The notes under the pieces are model-generated. The model searched no databases, was not told the DNA's origin, and saw only the letters and a program-made list of their open reading frames with translations. The translations under genes were made by a program, and so were the position numbers. This document shows, piece by piece, positions 34,818 to 44,529 of a stretch of DNA of 57,251 nt (position 1 is its first letter; each line of letters begins with the position of its first letter). The DNA is from a virus (taxonomy: Duplodnaviria; Caudoviricetes): positions 1 to 57,251 of the IMG/VR virus record IMGVR_UViG_3300046468_000977, one strand, 5' to 3'.

Positions 34818-35888
34818 TTATTTACCTAAACCACCACCTACATTTTTGAGGTTCGGCTTAGGAATTTTTTTGGTTGGGGCCATAGACGATAGCAGGAGAT
34901 CTGACTTAGCTTTAAGTAACTTATTTTTAGCATCAAGGATCGCACTCAAAATCCCATATTGCTCTGCGTCAGCGGGGATTTCAACGAAATCATTTTCTCC
35001 TAAACCAGTTCTAATTTTTCTCCCCCGCATGTTTTTCAACATCGATCCATCTGTGGTTCCCACCATACTATCTAAAGTAGTTTCCCCATCAATTTCAATC
35101 CCAGAAATTCCAGTTTGAAGCCTATCTATTTCTGAATCGAATGAGTTTAGTATCTCTAGCTGATTCGCTCGTGATGCTTTGTTCGCTATTGCTGCGTCCT
35201 TTTCCGAAGTGTCCTTACCTGTTCTCAGGGCTATGTTTCTGTTGCCCATGATTCTCGCTAGTCTACTAACAGCACGACCTTGAGGTGTGTCTGGCTGTGC
35301 CGCCTCGATTGCTAGTATATCTTCTTCTGAAGAAGCAACTTGTGCAGCAGCATAAGAAGCTGGGAATGTGTCTTCTTGTTTTCTATCCGCAGCACGTTGC
35401 TCCCTGTCTAATTGTCTTTGCAGGGTATCTTCGTCTGCTTGTTTTTTAAGTTTAGCCTGAATGGTTTGTTGTGCGCCCTGAATAAATGCTGCGCCAAAAC
35501 TAGACCTACTTAAAATTTCAGCATTAAGCATATTCAACCTACCCATTTCTGCTAGTTGTTGATCTGCTGTGAGATTCTTATTCTGGATAACAGCATCATA
35601 GTCTCCAAAGATACGGTCCATAGCGGCGTTACTCTCTAACTCGTCTCTAACCCGTTTCTTGTCTGCTTCAATTCGCATCAGCCCCTGTTCATACGCGAGA
35701 TCAGCGGCTCTGTTTTTTAGCAATTGATTATCCAAATCAAACGTCCTCTGACGTTCGGCACCCAATAGTTGATTACTTTTTGCCTTAACGTAGGCAGCTT
35801 GCCCCTCGTTCATCCCACTAAATCCAAATTTATTTTTTGATGGGGCGATATCTCTATCGTAATCTAAGTCGTTAAATATTTCAGACAT
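34818..35888 (-). CDS. Internal virion protein (probable)
   Basis: 356 aa, A/Q/R-rich and helical, upstream of the giant protein. Confidence 0.6.
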   Translation of the reverse strand: MSEIFNDLDYDRDIAPSKNKFGFSGMNEGQAAYVKAKSNQLLGAERQRTFDLDNQLLKNRAADLAYEQGLMRIEADKKRVRDELESNAAMDRIFGDYDAVIQNKNLTADQQLAEMGRLNMLNAEILSRSSFGAAFIQGAQQTIQAKLKKQADEDTLQRQLDREQRAADRKQEDTFPASYAAAQVASSEEDILAIEAAQPDTPQGRAVSRLARIMGNRNIALRTGKDTSEKDAAIANKASRANQLEILNSFDSEIDRLQTGISGIEIDGETTLDSMVGTTDGSMLKNMRGRKIRTGLGENDFVEIPADAEQYGILSAILDAKNKLLKAKSDLLLSSMAPTKKIPKPNLKNVGGGLGK

Positions 35889-37057
35889 TATATGCTAAGT
35901 TTAGATGAATTAGCCGACCCAAGATTAACCATCTTTGCGAAGCCATCTGAGGGGATTCTGGGTTGGTAACGGACGGGTTCTTGGTAATTTTTTGGCTCGG
36001 CAGTATCACCACTATTTTTAGCAATCTCTGCCATAAGTCGCCGCCTAGCTTGTTCCCTTAAAAGTTTTTGGGTTTCATCATTCGATCTTCGCATCTTCTC
36101 TGCCTGTTCAGCAGACTGAGCTAGTTGATTCCGCATAGCTTGGTTGGCAACAGCGGGGGCGCTCCCTTCTGGAGATCGCGCCCAGTCTAAGGCCATAGCT
36201 TCTGCGGCTCTACCAAAACCAGCTTTCCTCATTCTTTTAGCGAGCCTCAAACCTCTATGCGGGGCGTATAACGTCGAGGACGCCCCCAAACCACCTTTTG
36301 CTGTTGTGCCTAATGTAGCGTTATCAGCCGCTCGTTTGAAAAACGCATCGTAATTTGCCTTACTATTAAAGCTATCATCAACAACCTCATCAAAACCCCC
36401 CATTGAATCTGGTTTTATTTCATCTTCTAAGTCAGGTTCCCCTAAGTCTATTTCAGCTTCTGGTAACTCAGGAAGTCGTTGACCTTCAGGTCTCCCAATC
36501 ATTTCTGGCACCCCCTTCGGAGACGCTTTCTTAGTTAAGGGATTCTCAAATGTGGACTCAACTTCTGGAGATTTACCCCCCACTAAATCCAAGAAAGCTT
36601 TAGCCCCACCTTGGGGTCCAACAGGACCGAGACGCCCACGCTCCCCTCTATCTTCCGCTGCTGCTCTTGATGAAGTGCCTACGCTGGATGCAGGATCTGT
36701 TGATACAGTAGGTCTCGGTAGTTTTTTAAGTAATGATACAGCGGCAGAAGGTGACACTTCTCGCCCCCATGAGGATGGTTCGGGAAGCTCTTCTGGGTTT
36801 TCTGGGTCAGGGCTAGGGACATACTCTACTTGTTCTTTGGAATCAAAATATGGCTCTATCGCAGCTATTTGAGGTTGTCTAGTTTTGGGTAAATGACCAA
36901 ATTTTCTTTTATATTCCTCTTCAGGAATTGAATACATCCCACTAGAATAACCGTAGGTGACCATATTCTTAGAATTAAGCGCATCTAGCTTTTTTTGATA
37001 TTCGGATCTACCATATCGAGATCTAATATTTGGGTCTAGTGGATCGGGATCAGCCAT
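35888..37057 (-). CDS. Internal virion protein (probable; largely low-complexity)
   Basis: True start probably ATG 37057 (MADPDPLD) given the promoter position; TAATG coupling to the next gene. Confidence 0.6.
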   Translation of the reverse strand: MADPDPLDPNIRSRYGRSEYQKKLDALNSKNMVTYGYSSGMYSIPEEEYKRKFGHLPKTRQPQIAAIEPYFDSKEQVEYVPSPDPENPEELPEPSSWGREVSPSAAVSLLKKLPRPTVSTDPASSVGTSSRAAAEDRGERGRLGPVGPQGGAKAFLDLVGGKSPEVESTFENPLTKKASPKGVPEMIGRPEGQRLPELPEAEIDLGEPDLEDEIKPDSMGGFDEVVDDSFNSKANYDAFFKRAADNATLGTTAKGGLGASSTLYAPHRGLRLAKRMRKAGFGRAAEAMALDWARSPEGSAPAVANQAMRNQLAQSAEQAEKMRRSNDETQKLLREQARRRLMAEIAKNSGDTAEPKNYQEPVRYQPRIPSDGFAKMVNLGSANSSKLSI

Positions 37058-37064
37058 GTTTAAA

Positions 37065-37093
37065 ATTATAGGGTTTAAGTATGTGAAAGTCAA
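37065..37093 (-). promoter_or_regulatory. Near-consensus sigma70 promoter, leaderless
   Basis: TTGACT-17 nt-TATAAT, 7 nt before ATG 37057. Confidence 0.75.
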
Positions 37094-38877
37094 TCGACAA
37101 GCGTGGCATCAGGATTCTGCAAAGCCCCACTCAAAAACTTCATCGAACGTCTAGGTCCGTTATGCAGTTTATCCCCGTCCTTTGGTGGATCTACGGCTAC
37201 TAACCCCAATCTTTGACGCGCACAATCGAGAGCAAGAAAAGCGGCATCGGCGAGGTCAGGACTCCTACCGAATCTAGCTTTGAACTCTGGCTTGGATTCT
37301 ATCTTCATTCGGAGGGTCGATCCTTTCACATGATCGTAGTTTCTCGCTGTTATTTCTTGGGCAAGGTCACTGTTCACGCCATAAACCTGCCGTGTCCGCA
37401 TCAATTCTTTTCCGACAAACCACAGTTCTGAAACCCTGTTAACGTAGAGTTCAGTCCCAATCATCTGGCTATTCGCGCTAACTCGCTTATCACTAGCTTT
37501 ACCACCAAAAGAAATACGCATAAATCGATTCGACCACTCGCCAGCGAGGACATCGCAAAAGGGCGCACCCGCTCCAGTGGCATCGACGCTGACATTCTCT
37601 GGCAGGATCTTTAGCTTTTCGCAATGCTCACGAATCTGTCTCACTATCTGGTAGGTTCGAGGGACTGCTTTATTTGTCGCATCATCATTAAGATGAATCG
37701 CTCTACCAAACTCCAACACATACTGACCAGAGACACTGTAACCACATTTAGCTGTGTAAAGTATGGTTCTATCACCACCATTAGTAAATGCGGGGTCAAT
37801 CCCACATAAATTAATGGGCGCACCCCTCCACTCAACTGCGTTCAAAGCGCCCGTATTAGCGAGTTCATTCTCTGTGTAAATACCCGTGGTTTCATCGCTA
37901 TCAAAAAAGACGGCTCGAACCATTCGCATGTAGCCCCTACTCTCTACACCCAGCAAAGCTTTATCTTCTGCAAGCTTCTCCGCTGTGGGTAGCCAAGGAT
38001 ATATGACTTCACCCGCCAAAATGTTTGGGGATCTCTCTCCGTCTAGCCGTAGATACTTGCCATTCCATTTTGTGTCCCACCCATCTGCGGTGTTTGTATC
38101 CACACTGTCCCACCCATCTTTGGGGGTAGACCATATACCAAACGCATCAAACCTTGAGTTGGGGTTACTCATCCCAATCATTTGAAATGAAGGGTTCTTA
38201 GACAAGTTAGTTAGTCCAGCGTTCAAAATTGCTTCAGATAATTCTGATAGCTCGTCGCCAATGAGTATCACTCTCTTCTGTTTGATTCCGATAAACTTAC
38301 CTACAGCTTCCTTAGTCTTACTCTTCTCCGCTGAAATCAGAGATAGTCCTGCTCGCTCAATTAAAATCCCCTTCTCATTAACGTAAGATACATTGCCTAT
38401 TGAATCCCGAATCTTGATTGGTGCATCATCTATCACGGACAGTAGAGAAATTACACTACCCCAGATTCGTTTTCGAGCTTCACGAAGGGTGGTGGATGTC
38501 ATCAACACAAGCGTATCTTGAGGTTGAGATAAAAAGTTAATAATCCCCCAAGCTGCCATAATGTGGGATTTACCGGATGAAGCAGAACCACCAATGGCTA
38601 AGTATTTATTTTCCAATGCGGCCCTTATCATCAACTCTGCCCACGGATGTCTGACGCAGAGTTTTTCTGGTAACTCTTCGTGGTTAAAAAGCTCATCGCA
38701 TATTCTCCAGAAATAATATTCTCTAGCCACAACAGTTTCATGGTTAGCGAACCCATACAGGAGTGCAGTAATTAGACTAGTAGGCGGGAGTTGAAACCCA
38801 CCAACATCCATCTTCTTTGTCTTAGCATCAATGCGCGGTTCTAGTAACTGCTTGCTCCGCTCTTCTTTTAAAGCCAT
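37090..38877 (-). CDS. terL: Terminase large subunit
   Basis: Walker A GSASSGKS, Walker B ILIGDE, coupling motif GMSNP, nuclease GIDPA and PDLADA; likely start MALKEERS at 38877. Confidence 0.9.
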   Translation of the reverse strand: MALKEERSKQLLEPRIDAKTKKMDVGGFQLPPTSLITALLYGFANHETVVAREYYFWRICDELFNHEELPEKLCVRHPWAELMIRAALENKYLAIGGSASSGKSHIMAAWGIINFLSQPQDTLVLMTSTTLREARKRIWGSVISLLSVIDDAPIKIRDSIGNVSYVNEKGILIERAGLSLISAEKSKTKEAVGKFIGIKQKRVILIGDELSELSEAILNAGLTNLSKNPSFQMIGMSNPNSRFDAFGIWSTPKDGWDSVDTNTADGWDTKWNGKYLRLDGERSPNILAGEVIYPWLPTAEKLAEDKALLGVESRGYMRMVRAVFFDSDETTGIYTENELANTGALNAVEWRGAPINLCGIDPAFTNGGDRTILYTAKCGYSVSGQYVLEFGRAIHLNDDATNKAVPRTYQIVRQIREHCEKLKILPENVSVDATGAGAPFCDVLAGEWSNRFMRISFGGKASDKRVSANSQMIGTELYVNRVSELWFVGKELMRTRQVYGVNSDLAQEITARNYDHVKGSTLRMKIESKPEFKARFGRSPDLADAAFLALDCARQRLGLVAVDPPKDGDKLHNGPRRSMKFLSGALQNPDATLVD

Positions 38878-38901
38878 AATGTTGATACAGAATATATCTA
38901 T

Positions 38902-39462
38902 ATGAGCGGGAATCCTAAAGAAGAAATTCAAGAACGTGCTGTGCAAATGTATCGTGCTGATTGGAAGACGGCAGCTATTGCTAAGGAGTTAGGTGTGCAT
39001 GCGGGAACAGTAAGGCGGTGGTTTAAGAAAAGAGGCATCCCTGCTAAGAAATCAGGTCTTGTGCGGAACGAGCAAATTGAAGGTGATGAAACACCCATCG
39101 AGCAGAACTTCGAGAACATGACGGATGAGGCTGTAATGCGAGCGAAACACGATGCACGAATCAAGGAGGAACAGGATATTCTAGAGATTGCTGAGAGTCA
39201 GGCAAGCCCAGCCGATAAGTATCAGAACTATATGGCGATGGCTGCAATCCGATTAGCGCGAGATGGGATGAAGAACATTAACGCACCTAAGAACGTGAGG
39301 GAGCTTTCAGAACTTGACCAATTGATACGAAGAAATTTAGGTCTGAACTCTAAGACCGGAGGTGGCGCTGCCAACAAAATGCAGATTGACATCTCGATCC
39401 TTAACAACAAGAAAGCGGATCGGGGTGAAGGAACCATAATTGATATTCAAAGCGATGATTAA
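38902..39462 (+). CDS. HTH protein, probable terminase small subunit
   Basis: N-terminal HTH (TAAIAKELGVHAGTVRRW), helical middle, C-terminal beta strand (MQIDISIL); adjacent to terL. Confidence 0.6.
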   Translation: MSGNPKEEIQERAVQMYRADWKTAAIAKELGVHAGTVRRWFKKRGIPAKKSGLVRNEQIEGDETPIEQNFENMTDEAVMRAKHDARIKEEQDILEIAESQASPADKYQNYMAMAAIRLARDGMKNINAPKNVRELSELDQLIRRNLGLNSKTGGGAANKMQIDISILNNKKADRGEGTIIDIQSDD

Positions 39463-39793
39463 TAGTTTTGATTCTTTCTCATGGGACTACAGCCCCAACA
39501 AAGATCCTTATTCTAACAGATCCAAATCAACTCCCGAAAATTTATTTGATGAAGAAGATGATGATCTATCCGAAATAATATTTTTTGGGCAACTTGAGGA
39601 GGCGCTATTAGGCGTTGTAGAACAGATGGATAAGCCACCTATTGCTTGCTATTCTAGTGCAATGTCTATAACTATTCTTAAAACAGAACATGGACTAACC
39701 GAAGAGGACGCTAAGTTTGCACTTAAAAAACTAATGGATGTTGACTTGGGTGAATTTGCCCCCTGTTTCCTCGATACTAGTATTGTAAAATAA
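39440..39793 (+). CDS. Conserved phage hypothetical protein
   Basis: EEALLGV...PIACYS...GLTEEDA...GEFAPCF; start uncertain. Confidence 0.65.
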   Translation: MIFKAMINSFDSFSWDYSPNKDPYSNRSKSTPENLFDEEDDDLSEIIFFGQLEEALLGVVEQMDKPPIACYSSAMSITILKTEHGLTEEDAKFALKKLMDVDLGEFAPCFLDTSIVK

Positions 39794-40023
39794 TGAAATT
39801 TTTTGATGACAAAGAAGTGGTGAGTGACCCAGAAGTCTTAATACGAACGGAGCGTGATGACGGCGACTTCGATTTTAGTGTTAAGAAACTTGATGGGGCG
39901 TTCTATAAAGTCGTCCCATCTAATGCGAGAGAGATTCTCTTTTTAAAACAACTGAAGAAGAACGTATTTAAGTATACCCCCGCAACAGGCGATGGCTTAA
40001 TTGTTACATTAAACGTGCTGTGA
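39793..40023 (+). CDS. Hypothetical protein
   Basis: 76-aa coupled ORF. Confidence 0.65.
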   Translation: MKFFDDKEVVSDPEVLIRTERDDGDFDFSVKKLDGAFYKVVPSNAREILFLKQLKKNVFKYTPATGDGLIVTLNVL

Positions 40024-40514
40024 TTGTTGGCATTGATAATGGACTAGATGGTGGACTCGTCGCTATCTCTGATCATGGATTGATCATTGATAAGATTGCA
40101 ATGCCCACAAAGCAGATGTCCAAGAAGCGTGAGATTGATGTCCGAGAAATTAAGAAGTGGTTAATGTATTTAAACACTCCATTTTTACTAGCTATCGAAG
40201 AACCACTAGCCCACGCTAAAAGTTCTCAAGCTGTTCGATCTATGGCTTTGAGCTTCGGCAAACTTCTAGGCATGGCAGAGACTTGCGAGTTTGATGTCTG
40301 CCGTGTCTCAGTTCACAAGTGGCAGAAGGCAATCTTAGGATTTCGACCAAAAGGGACGACTAAGAAAACTGCTCTCGCTAAGGCTGAAGCTATAGCGCCA
40401 GATGAGAACTGGTTAAAAAACAAAAGGTGTCGAACTCCCCACGATGGAATGATTGATGCGTTCCTGATTGCCCGTTATATTTGGGAAGGGAAAAAAATTG
40501 AAGAAAGTTCTTGA
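40020..40514 (+). CDS. RuvC-like Holliday junction resolvase
   Basis: IVGIDNGLDGG, AIEE, WQK, DGMIDAFLIA. Confidence 0.85.
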   Translation: MIVGIDNGLDGGLVAISDHGLIIDKIAMPTKQMSKKREIDVREIKKWLMYLNTPFLLAIEEPLAHAKSSQAVRSMALSFGKLLGMAETCEFDVCRVSVHKWQKAILGFRPKGTTKKTALAKAEAIAPDENWLKNKRCRTPHDGMIDAFLIARYIWEGKKIEESS

Positions 40515-40538
40515 GTAACTTTTCGGGTCTGTCATGTT
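40511..40538 (+). promoter_or_regulatory. Candidate leaderless promoter
   Basis: TTGAGT-16 nt-CATGTT, 6 nt before ATG 40545. Confidence 0.45.
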
Positions 40539-40544
40539 CCCAAC

Positions 40545-41663
40545 ATGACCACACCAAATCACACAGACAGGGGACACGCTGAGTTCTCTCCCAGCCAACT
40601 AAAATATTTAGCGGGGTGTTCTGGCTATCAAGGTCGTAGTGGAACTAATGCAGCGGCGGCGATGGGGACACGCATCCACGAAGCATTGGAGATCGAAGAC
40701 CCATCCAATCTTCAAAGCGAGGAAGAGGTAAGTATCTACAATGAGATACTTACAGATCAAACCGAATACTTAGCAAACTACAAAGACAATAGGAGGCTGA
40801 CGGAGGAACACGCTGAGATTCAACTTGATGTTAAACTCGAAGGAACTGAAACTTACGGAACTTGCGATTACCTTTGTATCTTCGATAACGTCGATGGAGT
40901 CTTGATTGACTACAAAACAGGTATTTCCAAAATAGATACTCCCGCTAAAAACTTTCAAGCGAAAGCCTACACCGTTGGGTGTTTTCAAAAATACCCAGAA
41001 CTAACCTGTATTGATTTTGTTTTCTTCGTCCCGCAGCGGAATGAAATATTATCAGATACATTTTACCGAGAAGACCTCGATGATCTGATTGAAGAGTTGT
41101 CAGACGTAATTTTAAAAGCGGAAAAGGTTCGCCCTAAATGGGAGACGGGGACTCCCAGTCTGGAAGAACTGACCCCGACTGTCGATTGTAGGTTCTGCAA
41201 ACATGAAGATACCTGCCCCGCCCTAGGTGGTTTAGTTGTTGAAGTTGCCAAAAAGGTAGACCCGCAATTACCTGACGTTGATCTAGATACAGTTGAAGAT
41301 CCAGAAGTGGTGGAGCAACTCTACATGATTGCAAAGATTGTTACCAATTGGGCAGATCGTTTCAAGAAAAGGGCTATTAAACTAGCAGAAGATGGCATCG
41401 AGTATCCCACTCTTCGTCTCAAGACGATGAGGGGGCGTAGGAACGTAACCGACTCGGACACATTTTTAAAGATCGCTAATGATTTTGGGGTTGATAGTGA
41501 AGAAGTTTTACGCCATGTATCTCTGCCGCTTGCCAAGATTGCGAAGGCTGTGGGGGACACGGCAGAGAAAGGTGAGAAGAAAAGACAATCAGATCAATTT
41601 TTAGATGCCTGTAATGACTCAGGTATTATCGAAGAATCTGCCCCTCGACGAACTTTGTCGTAG
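40545..41663 (+). CDS. Cas4-like PD-(D/E)xK exonuclease (DUF2800-like)
   Basis: FSPS...C, GTRIHEALE, GTCD, IDYKTG, Q..AY, CRFC.....CP. Confidence 0.85.
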   Translation: MTTPNHTDRGHAEFSPSQLKYLAGCSGYQGRSGTNAAAAMGTRIHEALEIEDPSNLQSEEEVSIYNEILTDQTEYLANYKDNRRLTEEHAEIQLDVKLEGTETYGTCDYLCIFDNVDGVLIDYKTGISKIDTPAKNFQAKAYTVGCFQKYPELTCIDFVFFVPQRNEILSDTFYREDLDDLIEELSDVILKAEKVRPKWETGTPSLEELTPTVDCRFCKHEDTCPALGGLVVEVAKKVDPQLPDVDLDTVEDPEVVEQLYMIAKIVTNWADRFKKRAIKLAEDGIEYPTLRLKTMRGRRNVTDSDTFLKIANDFGVDSEEVLRHVSLPLAKIAKAVGDTAEKGEKKRQSDQFLDACNDSGIIEESAPRRTLS

Positions 41664-41675
41664 GGCAAAAACAAA

Positions 41676-41714
41676 GAAACAAGAAACATCGAAACATAGA
41701 AACATAGAAACATG
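41676..41714 (+). repeat. GAAACA(TA/TC) repeat x5 running into the ATG of the SSB-like gene
   Basis: gaaacaa-gaaacatc-gaaacata-gaaacata-gaaacATG. Confidence 0.85.
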
Positions 41715-42374
41715 AGTAAGAAAGAAAACGAGCTTGCTGAAGCTCCAAACACCAGCCTAGTCCCATCGCTATCTGATACGTTGGACCAAAATGACATCGA
41801 CATCCCAAGGGTAAACGTGGTCCAAAAGACCAGTGACATCTTTGGAGCCGATGGTGAACCAGCACCATATGGTAGCTTAGTTCTTGATAAGCGTGTTGTT
41901 ATTGCAAAACCCGAAGAAGCAATTCAAGTGGTTCCAATGTCGGCAGTAAAATCATGGCGTGAGGACATTCCTTTCGACAATGATGAAATGCCACGCATTG
42001 CAACGACTCAAGCGGAAAAGGCTCAACTATCTTTAGATAGCGAGTATCCGATCTTGGAATTTGCTGAGATCACCCTATTGTTTAAGGGTGGTGAAGATGA
42101 TTCAGAAACCTTCCCTTTTCCGCTTGGTAAAGGTAACTACGCCATTGGGAGAATCAACGTAGCGAAAGATGCATACCGACAAACATTCAAGAGACTCGCT
42201 ACCTTTGCGATGTTCAACAAGAAAACACCGATACATAACAGACTGTGGAATTTTAAGTCCACTCTTATTACTCGGGGTAAGTATAGTTGGTATGCACCAG
42301 CTCTGGCGATTACGAATGAAGAGCCGTCAGAAGAAGTCTTAGATTTTGTAGGGGGGTATTTAGGACATGAGTAA
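41712..42374 (+). CDS. Putative ssDNA-binding/annealing protein
   Basis: DIDIPRVNVVQ..S and C-terminal SWYAP motif; lies between exonuclease and polymerase. Confidence 0.6.
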   Translation: MSKKENELAEAPNTSLVPSLSDTLDQNDIDIPRVNVVQKTSDIFGADGEPAPYGSLVLDKRVVIAKPEEAIQVVPMSAVKSWREDIPFDNDEMPRIATTQAEKAQLSLDSEYPILEFAEITLLFKGGEDDSETFPFPLGKGNYAIGRINVAKDAYRQTFKRLATFAMFNKKTPIHNRLWNFKSTLITRGKYSWYAPALAITNEEPSEEVLDFVGGYLGHE

Positions 42375-42588
42375 AGTCAGCCCAAGCCCACAAGACAGGA
42401 GAAAGATTCTTGAGATTGAAATTTCAAAAATGCGCGAACTAATCCAACGGATTGAGGAAGCAATTGAAACATCAAAACTCGACCTGCAAATGTCAAATGT
42501 TGTATTGGATTCTCTTGAAGACGCCTTTAAAGCTCTACCTGAGCAGACGGAGATTGCAGTTGCGGAAATCGTCGAAGACTTAAAATAA
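42367..42588 (+). CDS. Small coiled-coil protein
   Basis: 73-aa ORF. Confidence 0.65.
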   Translation: MSKVSPSPQDRRKILEIEISKMRELIQRIEEAIETSKLDLQMSNVVLDSLEDAFKALPEQTEIAVAEIVEDLK

Positions 42589-42600
42589 CTTTTGGGACAT

Positions 42601-42680
42601 GGTAATGCGGCGGCGTCTTATGTGTGTGCGCTGGTTATAACATCGCCTTGGGGGTAACCGCATAAAAGCCCCTCACCAAA
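42601..42680 (+). ncRNA. Candidate structured cis-regulatory RNA (pseudoknot)
   Basis: atgcgg/ccgcat stem, inner cggcgt/gcgctg hairpin, loop ggggg complementary to cccct after an AUAAAA linker. Confidence 0.45.
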
Positions 42681-42684
42681 ATAA

Positions 42685-42740
42685 AGCCTCACCCCCACGA
42701 CTATGGGTTTCCATCACCTAGGGGGTGAGGCTACTTTTTA
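42685..42740 (+). terminator. Intrinsic terminator directly upstream of DNA polymerase
   Basis: Perfect 12-bp stem agcctcaccccc/gggggtgaggct followed by acttttt. Confidence 0.8.
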
Positions 42741-42747
42741 AATATAC

Positions 42748-44529
42748 ATGAATAAAATTATATATGCTGTGGACTTCGAAACATACTACGACAAAGAATG
42801 TAGTATTCGAACATTAGGTCCACTTGGGTATTTTTCTCACCCAAAATTTGACGCTTACATGGTGAGCGTAGTTGGTTCGGACGGTTTAACTTTTGTTGGG
42901 CATCCCGAAAAATTCGATTGGTCATTATTAAATGACAACATCGTCCTATCGCACAACGCCTCTTTTGATGAGACCCTCCATCTATATGCGGTATCTATGG
43001 GGTGGTGGGACAGTTGTTCTCCAGCGGAGTGGCATTGCACGGCAGATCTAGTGGCTTATTGCAAACTTCCCAGATCTCTTAAAGGGGCTACTGCTAAACT
43101 CTATGACATCCAAGTTGATAAATCTACCCGTGACAATATGTCGGGGAAAAATTGGAGTGATATGAGCGAAGAGTTCCAGAAGGAGGTAAGTGAGTATGCT
43201 ATCAAAGATAGTGAGCTTTGCTTACGATTGTGGGATAGTCTGGAAGATAAGTGGCCGCAATTCGAAAGGAGTATTAGTCGATTGAATAGGACAATTGTTC
43301 AGCGTGGAATCCCCATAGACTTAGATCTACTAAAGACTCAACTCGAAACAATCAAAGTTCGTTTATTTGAAGCGGAAGAAAATATCCCTTGGTTGGGGGA
43401 AAAGCCACTATTGAGTAGGGCAGCATTTAACTCTCAATGCCTTCTTGTTGGTATCGAGCCCCCAGCTAGTTTAGCTCAAACGGATAAGGACTCTCAGGAA
43501 TGGGTGGAGTATCACAGCAAAGAGCATAAGTGGGTTTCAGCCGTTAAAGACTGGAGAAGGATAAACTCTCTAAAGAAGAAGCTGGAAGCATTTGATAACG
43601 CTACTATGTCTGACTCCCGTTACTATGGCGGCTGTATGTATTTCGGAGCGCACACTGGTAGGTTCAGTGGTTCGGGTGGGAACTTAAACCTACAAAACTT
43701 ACCCAGAGAAGAAATGTTTGGGGTCAATCTCCGACATCTCATAAAGCCCCACAAACTTAAAAGACTAGTCGTTGTTGACCTCTCTCAAATCGAAGTAAGA
43801 ACACTTTGTTGGTTAGCGAATGATAAAGAAATGCTTAACGAGATTGCAGAGTGTGATGACATCTATGAAGCGTTCGCGGTGCGATTTGGAATGTGGAACC
43901 CAGACGAAGAAGATAAACCCTTTAAAGAGAACCCCAAACTAAGACATTCAGTAAAAGGAATGGTGCTGGGGTGCGGGTATGGTGCGGGAGCAAGTCGTTT
44001 TGCTTCGATGTCCAACATCTCCGAAAAGGAAGCTGAGAAGAGAGTAAGGAAATATAGGAGTAAAATGCAGAAGGTTAAAACCCTGTGGTCCAAATATAAC
44101 TCGGAAATCGAGTGTTCTTACGAAGCTAGTCAGCAGATCCCCACAGAGTTTGCTGTAGAATTACCTAGCGGTAGGGTTATTAACTACGGTGTTCTCACGG
44201 CGTCTCCAGATCGCGGAAGATTACATTTTATAGCTGGTATTCCTAGACACGGAAAAGTCCTCCCCGTCCGTCTTTGGGGAGGATTAGTAGCAGAGAATGC
44301 TTCACAAGCATTAGCTAGGGATATATTTTCCGATATGATGCTGCGTGTCGAAGAAGCTGGATACAAAATAGTGATGCATGTCCACGACGAAATGGTCATC
44401 GAAGCTAGGGAAGAAGATGCTGAAGACACACTAAAAGAGGTTACAAGAATTATGTCGGAACCTCCGGCATGGATTCCTGATATCCCCCTATCCGCTGAAG
44501 GGTCAATCCTAACACGCTATGAAAAATGA
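42748..44529 (+). CDS. DNA polymerase family A with 3'-5' exonuclease
   Basis: Exonuclease DFET, HNASFD, YAIKD; HTGRFS, NLQNLP; motif A DLSQIE; motif B RHSVKGMVLGCGYG; motif C VHDE. Confidence 0.95.
   Translation: MNKIIYAVDFETYYDKECSIRTLGPLGYFSHPKFDAYMVSVVGSDGLTFVGHPEKFDWSLLNDNIVLSHNASFDETLHLYAVSMGWWDSCSPAEWHCTADLVAYCKLPRSLKGATAKLYDIQVDKSTRDNMSGKNWSDMSEEFQKEVSEYAIKDSELCLRLWDSLEDKWPQFERSISRLNRTIVQRGIPIDLDLLKTQLETIKVRLFEAEENIPWLGEKPLLSRAAFNSQCLLVGIEPPASLAQTDKDSQEWVEYHSKEHKWVSAVKDWRRINSLKKKLEAFDNATMSDSRYYGGCMYFGAHTGRFSGSGGNLNLQNLPREEMFGVNLRHLIKPHKLKRLVVVDLSQIEVRTLCWLANDKEMLNEIAECDDIYEAFAVRFGMWNPDEEDKPFKENPKLRHSVKGMVLGCGYGAGASRFASMSNISEKEAEKRVRKYRSKMQKVKTLWSKYNSEIECSYEASQQIPTEFAVELPSGRVINYGVLTASPDRGRLHFIAGIPRHGKVLPVRLWGGLVAENASQALARDIFSDMMLRVEEAGYKIVMHVHDEMVIEAREEDAEDTLKEVTRIMSEPPAWIPDIPLSAEGSILTRYEK

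Noticed and set aside
40545-41663. CRISPR adaptation Cas4
   Set aside because: Stand-alone phage exonuclease in a replication module; no cas1/cas2 or array.
42601-42680. Twister, pistol or HDV-like ribozyme, or preQ1/ZTP riboswitch
   Set aside because: Only fragments resemble them (UAAUGCGGC, AUAAAA, CGCCUUGGG); key conserved elements are missing, so it is kept as an unassigned RNA candidate.
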